Assembly: GCA_040954595.2 (NCBI GenBank)
Contig: CM082588.2
Span: forward strand, 980,613-1,044,612
DNA: 64,000 bases
Source of the DNA: Balanoglossus misakiensis
Taxonomy: Eukaryota; Animalia; Hemichordata
Direction of reading: 5' to 3'
This document shows, piece after piece, positions 1 to 11,604 of this stretch (positions within the stretch are counted from its first letter, which is position 1; each line of letters begins with the position of its first letter). The position numbers and the translations under genes were made by a program. Under the pieces are notes generated by a model. The model was given only the letters and a program-made list of their open reading frames with translations, was not told where the DNA came from and made no database searches.

Positions 1-189
1 ATGTACATATAGGTCAAGCCAAGGACTTCGTGGGGAAGCTAAGCGTCCTCAGAATGACCTTTCAAGGCCACTGGCCGCCCAGTGACTGCGGTTTGACTGA
101 TAATATATACTGGGCAAGAAGTAGTGTGTGGAATTTACCATCAAACTTTATGACTTGATTGAGATGGGGGTCATTGAACTGAGATCTAT

Positions 190-2899
190 CCCAGCATGCA
201 CTGGGTTTTGGCCTCCTTTTGGTCACATGACGGTTGAATCATGTGCAATGCGATATCTGTGTACGTTTCTGTTTAATACGGTGTATATTTCTGTCCACGT
301 AACTCTCAGATTTATTGGCCTGAAAAAGCAGTGGGGTCGTTGTCTTTTAACTTAACCACAAGTGTTGTTATTTCTTTTAAAAATACATTGACAGAATATT
401 TACGAGTGACGTCCTGGTCTTTTTGCCAGTGGTGGAAAGTTTGGATGGGAATGGGATACCAAGAATATAAAGAGCCCCTTGTGGGTTATGAATTATCTGC
501 AAAAGTTTGAAGTGCTTTGAAACGTGCTTGTTATTGACAGTCATTATTGTTGTGACCTTCAACACCAGTTGCTGCGACCTTCGACACACTGATCCCCTGG
601 CCTACATTCTGATGTTGCACCAACCCACATCACACCCATGATGGATGTTCTACCCCGTTGGTGAATGGTACGTCCCGTGAAACCACCAGTACTCAACCAC
701 ATCTCACTGTATGGTGTCAGGCAAATGGCCAAAATACGACCACTGACCACTGCCAACCAGTATTCACTCAGAATATATTGTTGTGAAATAAATTCAAATT
801 TGAGGTTTTGTATGTATTCCCAATAAGGTAGCATGTTATTGGATGTATGTCAATGTGAAATGCTATCTGTAGTGATGTCATAATGTTGGCTGCCAGCCCA
901 ATACTGTGTGTACATAATGGGTGTACCACCTTTCTTGTCATCTAGATGATCTGTTGTTACTGCTTGTCAAAAGTCTAAACCTCAAAACCAAAGTGGTCAA
1001 CTTTCACCTGTAATTAAAATACAAATCAGAGGTCACCAGGTAATATTTTGATTACAGAGTCATTATCATTATTTAGAAATCCAATATTAGAAATTCAAAA
1101 TATCCACCAATCTCTGTGTTAATATAAAAGTTTAATATTCCTCCTTCGTAGGATGAAACCTGTGGATTGATGACAGACTGTTTATATGAAGTTACAGCAT
1201 ACAGGTACTGGTTGTTCATCTGTGCCAAAAACATGAACTGGACTCTTCAACTATAGATAGATCTGGTTGTACTCTTATCAATAATACAACTGCTATCAAT
1301 ATCAGTATTTGTCAGGAAGTAAGTTCCAAACAGTCCAATTATAAATGTCTCCATCCAGTCAAATCCAAAGTACACAAAGTTATTTCTTCAAAACAGTGGG
1401 AGAAGATTTTGAATTTTTCCATGTCTGCTAAGTTTGCTGTGCAAGACATGGCTTCATTTGCCAGTTGCGTATAGATACGACAAACCATGACATGTTTCTG
1501 GCCCTCATTCAAATGGAAATTTGTCCACATCAGCAAATCAACCTCTGCCCAGGCCGGGGTGTTGCCAATCTATAGCGACTCGCGCCGCTAGTGTTTCAAC
1601 TCCAGGATTTCACACTGAGAATCAATTATTTGTTGATAAAAAACCACAAGCTGACCAATATGAAGTTGTAATTACCGACAAATTATTTATTTTCTAACAA
1701 GTTAGCTGACACATTGCTGCAGCTATTCAGAGCGTGGCGGATTTTATTGTAGATCGCTTTGCTGTGGTCAGAATTCACCTGCCACTCATTTTGTTCTCGT
1801 ACCGTGAGAAACCAAAGATGCGATTGTCCGCAAACCGTATGCAGTTTGTTTTCCATCACGTGATTGGTGACCGCTTAGTGGATTTCGATGGCGTGGTCGA
1901 CATTTACATACCACAGACGCCAATTACCCCAACGAAGCGTAAGTAGAAACTGACCACGATTTGCCTCGCAGTGAAATTAATGCAAGAATTGTCCTCCAAT
2001 ATTAAAAGCCTTCTTATAATGGGGGTCCTGTAACCAAGACCAAGGCAGAAAGACCATCAGAGAATAGATATTGTTGATTGGACAGTATGAACTACCACAC
2101 ACTAAGTATAAAATGTGACAGCGAGGCCCTTGTGGTCAGCTCTGCCATTCAGCTAACAAATTCTTGTGGTTAGACTTCCTTCCTGTCAAGGCGTCACACA
2201 ATCTGAGTCCACAAAATGGCTTTATTCAAATCATGCAAGTATGTTGCTATGATTATAGCTCAACGCTGGAAACCCACGGCGAATACAATAGAGCAGCTTT
2301 ATACTAGAAGTTCGGATTATTGATCTGAGGGAGGTGGTCAAGCGTTTGGCCGAAAGTGTGATGTGAATTCCAATAAAGAGACTACAGACCATGAATGACT
2401 GTTAAACTGAAAATAATGACATTAGACCAAATATGAAGGAACTGTCTCGTTGCTTGAGTCACTGAACGTAGCTGTGTAATGCTGAAATTATGCAAACCAG
2501 CTGTGATAATTAATTAACTATCAGACAATGCAACTTGAAGTTATGTCAGTTTTAAAACAGGCGTCAGAACAGCCCTGTTTCTACCCAGCATGCACTGCTT
2601 CAACAGTGCAAGAATCTGTGTGTCAGCTGTTTCGAATATGCCACCCTGGAATTGTAGGGCGACAGTTATTTTGGGTCTGAATGAAATCATCTCAAAAACA
2701 TGTAGGTCACTTTCCTCGGGACATAGTTTCAGTATGAAATAATCCGTTCCACAAATGCTAATCCTGAACCTGTTGAAGTGTTGCATAAACCAGGAGAAAA
2801 TACCCAGGGACTTCAAAACTGATATTCAATAGATGGAATGTAAAAAATGCCTGATGTACAAAGTCTGTCCCTCAACTGATGCCTTCCCAGCATGCACTG
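190..2899 (+). promoter_or_regulatory. Three identical ZNF143/Staf-like motifs CCCAGCATGCACTG (190-203, 2584-2597, 2886-2899)
   Basis: The same 14-mer occurs three times in the same orientation and resembles the Staf-binding-site consensus. Binding is not demonstrated. Confidence 0.5.
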
Positions 2900-2921
2900 C
2901 TGCATTCCGTTCTCAAGAATT

Positions 2922-2935
2922 GTTACCATGGTAAC
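2922..2935. promoter_or_regulatory. Perfect palindromic RFX X-box GTTACCATGGTAAC
   Basis: Read directly. It lies next to a ZNF143-like motif (2886) and a STAT-like TTC-N4-GAA (2910-2919). Confidence 0.55.
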
Positions 2936-5900
2936 TGATGAGGTCACCTGGGTTCAAACGAGTTGGGAACCAACGCCCAGAGATGTGGCACTGACACACT
3001 GACATAAATTCTTGGGCCATACGAATGAATTCTTATGTTGTATGTCTTGAAAGTGAACGCTGGATTGCATTTCTCTTAGCTGTCAAATGATTCCACACCA
3101 AGCGGAGAAAATAACTTTGATAAAAAAAGAGCATGTTACTGTCTGTAAATTTGTCTCCTGTGAAGCAGATTGGCTATCAGCAGTGTTACATGTTTGTTTT
3201 GCTCTGAGATAAATACCTAATACAGTGTGCATTATTACATTCTAAAATCTTATCACATGCTCCATTTCCTCACCAAATGTTATCTTTCATTTGACAGTGA
3301 GACAGTATTAATGTTTAAATTGAGTCATCAAAGGTCTGTTCATTCCCAAATTGTTTCTGGAGTATACTAGATGGTCTGCCATGGCAAACTGTCGGTGTCG
3401 TGCATAACTGGATTGACTCCAATAATATTGGTCCTTGTGTGTCTCATTTGAGATATTTATGAACAGACGTCTGTTCGTGACTTGAGGTCACTTCTCGTGT
3501 ATTTTGTGATCGTTTGTGTGAAACCGTTGGAGTTGAATAAATGTGATAAAGGTGGTGCTTCTGATATCACCCAGGAGTAATTGCATTTTAACCTTACAAT
3601 CAGACAAGCTTGCCGTGGACTACTGGTTATTGCAAAGTCATATATTGCAGGAAATTCAGGGAGGTACATGTACAATAATTCTTTTAAGACAAAGCATGAT
3701 CATTTGTACATGTACATAATTTGTAATCCTAATTTCAGGGTTGAGTATACTTTGTTGAATCACAGTGGATCTGTTTTAACACAATTGTCACGTCGTTTGA
3801 CATTACCAGTGTTCTTTTGTTCTGCAAAAGTCACCAGTTAAACTCAACATTATATTGTTAAGTATATCATTGGGTGACTCATGATGATTTAACTTCTAGT
3901 ACTGATGCCATTGTCTTCATAAATCAAACGACCAGTTCCTGTTCTTGTCACTCTGTCCAGACAACATCTACTCGCAGTGATTGTAAAACCACTCACTCTG
4001 CCTACACACTTGTCCCTTTGACACCCTAAAACTTGGCCACAGCTCATAAATCCTGTCACATGTTTTGGGATACATTCTTTCTATGTTTTTATGTCCAGTA
4101 TGTGTATATATACAAGTGGGGCCAATGATTTGAAGATTTCATTCTTTTGAACAGAAATTGGAGACTGCAAAAATAATTGTAGGACTTCTGTCATGTAACA
4201 TGTAATCTATTTGTCTTGAGTATTTCACTGTCAACTAGTTTTCAGTTAAAACCAGCTATCCTTCCTTTCCTTCAAGTATAACACAATGTGTCCATTGTCT
4301 TCTAGGGCCAGTCTTAGGGTCAGAGAGACTCTACTATCGGAAATCGGGGTGTATCAGTCAAACAGGTTAAACAGACTATGCCAGACAGGCCGTACCATTT
4401 GAGTAAAAAACAGGGATAAATTTAAGGTTGATTGATAGGAAGCGTTTTTATGTGTCAGTATAGTGAAGTCACGTGTGATACATAGAGTGATGCGATGAAT
4501 GGTGATGTGTTAACTGCCGTATTGAAGATGAGCTTTGATGACATGTCAAGTATCATTGGATGATCTGATAACATGCAAAGGAGTCATTTCCTTGACGTAT
4601 GCCAGTACTCTTAAAATTCACAGTTTTTTTATCCAAGCTGTGCTTCAAAGAGACACATCGCTTGCGATTGTCTTGCACCTGTTTGTCAAAATTTATTCTT
4701 TCCTTCCCGGCTTTCCTTGGAAACCTGAACTTAATTTGTGGCTCCTGTGATTGTTTGTTGAATATGAGCACCTGTACGGAAAGCGTACAGTGATGTGTGA
4801 TGTGGTAATTTGCTGTCACTGTATTGTGATGATGGTACATTTATCTTGTCATAGGCATTTCATGATATGCAACATTGTGCTGTGAATTTGACTGGATTTG
4901 TGACACTCTTGTGTGGATGCAGGAAGCCATAACTTGCAGCGGCCAATGATGACTCAACTCATTGGGACCTCAGTTATAAACACAACTTTTAAAAACTTAT
5001 AAACATGTTATCTACTTGTCAATCAATCATGATGTAACAGTTGCTAGGTTCACCAGGTGGTATAGAAGTTTGTATTCGCTAATATCTCTTGCTTCAGCAG
5101 AGATGTTACATAGTATTATATCATTCTGTCAGGTCAGCGGTTTTGTTGGTTATTGTTGTCTTTGTGGGCCAGCTTATGTGTCTGAATGGCTCTCTCAAAG
5201 GTGAACGACACATTCAAGGCCATTCAACTCGTCGGGTACAATAGAGCACCAGTTGTACGACATTGTTGAGTCCAGTTTACACTTTGCCGGAAACGCTGTC
5301 TTTTGTCAAAATCTTGGCGTACACTGTCAGCTCCTGTAGTGGTGTTTGGAGAGAATATGTTGTCAGAAAAGTCGATTGCTGCGATTGGATGTTTTTCTTC
5401 ATAAATCTGTGTACAGTTGATGAATACTGACTAAATCAACGCAAAGACAGTATATCACGTCTTCAGTTTACTTGCACTTTGTCTACTTTGAGAATAAAAC
5501 CATAAATAATGAATATTTATTTCAACTTTGTGTTCATGGTACGTTTTAAAGATGATCCCTCGCGACTATCCTAGTGTGAAGTCATCTGAATAATTGTGGC
5601 AAGTTTATTTTGAAAATATTTTTATTGTTTGAAATAATAACAAACTCATAACTGTCAGTGTTTAACCATGAAATGAGGGTCAGTGATGACTTGTGTGGTT
5701 TTGTGTTGAATTGTTATGAAAGTGTTGTGGGAATGGGGATAAAATGTTTGATTGATTTTGGGTTAATGGTTAAAATGTGCCCTTTGAAGGTCTGTGGAAA
5801 AGTTTACAGAGGATTGTCCTTGGTAGCTAAGTTAAAGGCTAGGGTCATTTATCACTCCGAGAGGACCCTGATCTTGAAAAAATATCTCACACCCCGGACA

Positions 5901-6617
5901 GCTGAGTTCCGACTACGTGAATCTTTCCCCGCTGAGTCAATAAAAAGAAGACGGCAAAGTTTTCAAAACAAAACAAAAGTGTGATTTATGTTTGAGTGAA
6001 GATGAAAATGGTACCGGCAGATGCAAACCATATGATGTCTGAATGTCCACATTGCCTGTCCATTTCCCTGAGTAAAACTTTCAGAAAAGAAACCATTATA
6101 CATTTAGAATGAGCATCATGTTAAGCAAATCAGTATTATAAATAAAATCTATTGATAATGAGCAACGGATCACTTAAAGGGCAACTGTTAATTTTCACAT
6201 GGTAACATAGACGGCTTGGAATACTTCCTAACAACAACAGAACAAAACCGCAAATCTAAACACATTGTAAACTATATTCCCCATGAAACTTTATGACACG
6301 GGACATAAAACCTGTTGTCATGGAAACACCTGGTCATCCACCTAGAACATAAGTACTCGCCTTCCTGATATTTATAGCGGGACAATCGTGCTGTGTATTC
6401 ATGAAGAACCATGGATCCTGTTGTCGGTTTATAGTCAACAAGTTTATTATATTTCAGTTGGTTGGTCATGTAGAACAACCCGGTAGACCTCAGGCCAATT
6501 GTCCGGAAGGTTTTAGAAGAATGATGCGCTTGGTGAAAACAGTTCAATGTCTTTCTTCTATGTTTAATGGACAATTGCATAGACACGAGCTCTGTGTGGC
6601 AGGGGTGTATGTCTTAC

Positions 6618-6639
6618 ACTCTACAGCGATTGTCTCCAT
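6618..6639 (-). CDS. Candidate antisense first coding mini-exon (METIAVE + 1 nt), possibly a Runx distal-promoter exon
   Basis: The minus strand reads ACCACC-ATG-GAG-ACA-ATC-GCT-GTA-GAG-T|GTAAGA: ideal Kozak context plus a donor. Upstream is a CpG-containing UTR-like stretch with (CT)n and a CCAAT. Gene identity is inferred from position only. Confidence 0.3.
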
Positions 6640-9600
6640 GGTGGTGTGGAGGCGTCGCCGTAACGACACACAGCCCTTCCACGCAGAGCTACACTAACAC
6701 TTGTCTGTTGGTGCAGAACTGGTTTTTCTCCTCCAGAGAGAGAGAGAGACGTGCAACTGCCGACTCAAAATATATTGGATTCAGATCAAATCATAGTTAC
6801 ATCTTTGCAGTGTTCAGGATCTTTCTGATTTCTCGCTTGTAGTTAATGAAACAATCATTTTGATGAGGCCCAGGAGTGAGAAAGTAATCTATCGTCTGCT
6901 GAAAAGGTTAAATGCAGATGAAATATGTCATCATTTACTACCTGTCATGGAAATACTATTAATAATTAAAGAATTAAAAATCATGCTTTTGGATGAGTCT
7001 CGACTATTCATAAATATATAATCATTTTCTTTGGGAGGTGGTGACTGGTGTTGGTGCATTAAGCTGAAATTGTATGTGTTGAGATAAGAGGCTCCATCCA
7101 TACAGCAAGATCCAGAAGCAACTAAGCATATAGGCAACATGCATGTACCATTTATTGTTTATATCCTTATTTGTCTTTTAATAGTCATGAGGAGATGGAA
7201 CTACAACAGACTTCCAGTAGTAGGAAGGAACTTCCGAAGACAGAAAGCGTCCAGAAATGCAATGATTTCCCTGAGTTTTTATTGCAGTTCCAGTCAGTGC
7301 TAGTCGACTATGGTAGATTGCAAGACTCTGTAGGGAGGGAGGCCAGCCATGTACCTGTATCAGAAAAACCACAGACCTTCACTCACAGCTGTTTCTTGGC
7401 TAGTCTTTTGACGAGTGAGCCCCCAGATCCCCATAGCCTTGGTGCAGCCTAGCTGTTGTAAACAAATTTAGGTTCCTGTAGGCATGATACAGGTATTTGA
7501 AAAAATACTGTACAGGTGTTCTGTACTGGTATATCAGACTATATATCTTTGGCATGTAAACACGAAAAAAAAAACTGGCTCAAATTCTGCTGAAACGCTC
7601 GCCAAGCTGATATGGAATTACCAGAACATACAATACAAGTGGCCGAGTGTTTACCACTGTGTGTGATTTTGTTTCTATTCTGCCGGCGAAATAACACCTT
7701 GCCTCCACCCACGCTGCAGGGAGAGATTAAACCAGAAAAATATAGTCCATATGGCAATCCTCTGGTGAGAGACAGCCAGGATAAGCTGTGTTGTTAAGCT
7801 GTGAAAAAATACACCACTCACTGCAGATAGAGTTGGAAAACAAACGGACAACATTTTCTATGTCGCGTGATCAATAACATTTTAAAAATACATGTGTTCA
7901 GTTTCACTCATTGCTTTTGAAATTCACAGTTAACAATACAGATTCTTGGTGGAGTTGTAAACACCCACCGAGGATACCAGTCAATCCTATAATCCCTGTA
8001 AATATGTGAGATTCTAAAATTAAGAATGATTTGTTGTTTGCTGTTTGTATTGCCTTCTGGACAATGAATTGCTAAATACTTTGTGTATTGAGAGGGATGT
8101 CCTAACAGACAATCCTGATAGTTAGCATACCTGACTGTTTGGAATTCCAAGCCTCTCTTCTCTATTGTTATTCTCAGATTCACAGATCAGTGGAATTTCC
8201 GACAGCTGCTTCACTATTGTAGTCTGTCACAAACCTTCAAAGAGCGCAGAGAAAAATAACAGATTTTTGGGATTTTTTTATCTTTGTGTGGGTCTGTCAC
8301 TGGCAACCCAGTAGGTCTTGTAGTATTGATTGTTCCAAGATCACACACTGCTGAGAAAGTCGTGGAATTTTAGAACATCCCGGAAATTCTCCGAAAAGAA
8401 ATCAATTTGAAGTCCTGGAAAATGATAAGCCACAGATTCTGACCAGAAATTGATCAGACTATCAAAAAAAATTGTCAAAAAGATTGACAGTTGTCCTTTA
8501 ATACAAGTATACCGATCATATTTGTTGATCCACATTTTCCTTGAAAATGTTACTAATACTGTTGTCTTTAATCAGGTTCATGCTTTTTCTCAAAAGTTAA
8601 AGTTAGATGTTAATTTTATATTACTTAATGATTACTTTTTTAACGAAAGTGCATTGACCGTTATTGAAAAAAGTTTATTTAAACTGTGCCAGGTACTGCC
8701 TTATCACATTACCCTAGTAGCCTTTCTTTGACACCTGACCTTTGACACAGACTCCAAACTTAGACTTTGATGTGCCCTGTGTGGTTTGGATGAATTTGTT
8801 TAGGTTCTCATTTCCCCACCCATCGAACACACATGCACATGTCCGCAATGGCAGTTTAAAGGACATCAGAGATTACTGCCGGATAGAAATGTTTGCGTAC
8901 GTGAACACTTGTAGCATTGCTTGTCATTAGGTCGGGGTATCTCAATTGTAAGGGTCTTGGCCACACTTAGAGGTGTCTTTAAATTTACCGCCTTTCCTTC
9001 ATAAATCAGTCACGGCTTTTGTTCTCTGATGCTTAGTTATTCAATGCGGTTGGTCTTGAACTCTGACCCTCCACTAAATAACCGGCCTTTTTTCGCTACC
9101 GCAGCCTTTGACAAAAGAGGCTGCCCCAGTAACAGTAGAGAGGCTGGAATCTTTGTTCACTCGGCCTTGTAGTGGTCAATTGTCGGACACTTCTTTCCAC
9201 CGAAGAAATCTCGCCCGCTGTACACCGCCCGCATCTTTGCGGCACATACCAGTATTAACATATTGAATGTCCAGTGGTTTTACGGAGAGCCGACAATGCT
9301 TTTGTCGCTTTTGTGCCTCGCTCAGTCTCCATTGTTTTCGTATTTGTCTTTGGTATGCTCTTTGAGGTTAGCCGGCTAATAGCCTGGTAACCATAACAGT
9401 ACAATTGACCAGATCAGTATTTAAATGGCCACAGTTACAACTGAAGTGCCCAGATTTTGTCAAACAGTCATATTTTAGTCCACCACAAACTTTTAAAAGT
9501 TTGTGGCAAATCTCTTTAAATCCCCACTAAAATCAAGAGTTTGGTTTCCCACATTGTAAATCACCATAGCAACATCTTGTCTGGGATGAGCAGCATGTCT

Positions 9601-11076
9601 GTGAAGGAAGAACATTGGTTTCCCGGCAACAAAACATGGAAGCTAAACTTGGAGAGGAAAATAAGATAAAATTGAGAAATTATTCAACAGTCGATGATTA
9701 TCAGATTATATCTTAATCCTGTGCATCAGAACAGAGATATCTCTTTTAAAGTAATTGTATTCTGCAACATTTGCTGGGATTAAAGTTTGGGATGCAGTCC
9801 TGAAAGGGTAATTAGTCTTATGAAATTGTTACTGAACCATGCATTAAAATCTTTGTTTTTGTGGACAGAATTGCATTCACCTTCATAATTCTGTGTGAGA
9901 TTTACAACTGCAGTAAACATTAAAGGGATCACCCAGTCATCACCTTTGAAAGGAAAACATGTTTTGCTCCCGTAAAATAAACTAACAATTTGAGATTGTC
10001 TGACAATTGAATGATATACAGTATGCACTAAAACATGTTTCTGTGTTATATATAGTTTGCGGTGAAACAGTAAAATAGTTGATGACAAGCTACGCACAGT
10101 TGTAGTATGAAGACATTATGGCCACAAGTGTTTTAGGAGTTCTTTAATGAGCTGTAGTTTGTAATTGTGCTGTTAGGGGGTGTGCAAGACAGGTAAATAC
10201 AGAAATACATGTATATACAGACTTCAAACAGACAGACAGAGAAGACAGACCTACATGATTCAGGATGTAGAAAAAGAGAATGCAGTAATGTACTGTATAC
10301 GAACTAAAAATACTGAAAAAATTTGTAAAATCCACAGCTCTTAAAAGAGATGAGAGAGGTGAAAGAAGGGACGCAGATTGCTGTACAGGAGTATTGTGAT
10401 GACTGATTATAGAGTAAACTGTCAATTGAAATAGAGCAAGGTACACGAAGCCTTGAAGGGGGTCTGTCACTCAACACAATGAATACAGTACTCTCCTATC
10501 ACTTTGAGATCCAAAGACATTATCACACTTTTCGATGTCCCACTGATAGTGAGTAAATTCCTGGAATACCACTGAGCGTTTGGGGTCATTTGGTCCTCAT
10601 TAATTTTGACTTCTGTAGATGTAAAGTCTGTTACCGCATGCACAGTTGAAGTGTGTGCAATTCAAGTTGTACACAGAACCAGCTGACTATGCCTACAGTG
10701 TTTTCTGTAGGCGTTGACGTAGAGACGCTATTGGTCCATATTTCAGATTCCAACCATTGCTGAATAGTTTTTTCACCATATTTCTGTTATACTGCTGCAA
10801 CCGAGATTCAGATTGTCACAGCTGATGTGCATACATGAAGCCTAGCAATAAGTATGTTCGGACAAAAGTGTGTTCTCAATTTGCCGTATAAATCAACCGT
10901 TATCAAGTATTATGAGCTGGTTCATTTCCATGAAACCCTTCTATTAATGGGAAGGTGGTTTTCGGGCAAAGGAATATGCTCATTGAAAATTTGCCACGAT
11001 AAGGTCAGGCCAGGTCAGGTCAAGGGATTTCGTCAATGACCTGGAATAAAGTTCATGTTTGTGATATTGGTAGATC

Positions 11077-11095
11077 TTGCCACGAGAGGGCAGTA
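11077..11095 (+). promoter_or_regulatory. CTCF-like motif TTGCCACGAGAGGGCAGTA
   Basis: Close match to the CTCF core (CCAC-AG-GGGC), about 0.5 kb before the end of the large SUPT3H intron. Confidence 0.5.
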
Positions 11096-11604
11096 GGTAC
11101 AAGAAAAACACTCCCAATGGGATCATGGGATGCCATCCAAATCAGGGTGTCAGTGATGGGCGTAAGATATTATTCATGGGTAACAAATTACTGAGGTTTC
11201 TGAGCAGCTTGAGTGACATCATTACTGGGTCTGTTGCATAGAAATACAACTGAAGTATATTCCCTTTGGATAATTAAACATAGCACAGCCTGAATAAAGT
11301 TTCTGCGTATACATATTGCAGTATACATGTGAAATTTTCATGAATGTCTACATATTTGTATTAAAATACACTACATCCATCTCTGTGTGCAAAGCTCTAA
11401 TCTTACATTTTTCGTTAAAATATAAGAATTATTGGTCATACAGCTTTTTAAGCTAGAAATAATATTTACCGGTAGTTAAAATTTAGTCCTATCACACTTT
11501 GTGGTGCTGGTGATTCCAAGTCAGAAAAGATGTGTGAAAGAGTTTTAAAAAGAAGAAACTGGTACTGAGTGTTTATTTCTAAAGCTGTGAAATTTATTTT
11601 ATAG

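Larger units (their letters stand above)
1..11604 (+). other. SUPT3H: Large intron of SUPT3H (orthologous to human intron 2), 5' end outside the window; putative regulatory landscape
   Basis: No credible coding exon on + until the acceptor tttttatag at 11604. The following 85-nt exon matches SUPT3H exon 3, so upstream exons must lie beyond the window. All other introns in the window are under 2 kb. Confidence 0.75.

Noticed and set aside
190-3200. snRNA or other Pol III RNA gene suggested by the Staf/ZNF143-like motifs
   Set aside because: I recognised no U-snRNA, 7SK, tRNA or similar body nearby. An Rfam scan would be needed to exclude one.
128-11039. Numerous 60-108 aa ORFs in the first 11 kb (e.g. 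559-834, 5658-5984, 6272-6586, 9780-10097)
   Set aside because: No recognisable domains or exon chains; sizes are compatible with chance ORFs in intronic DNA.
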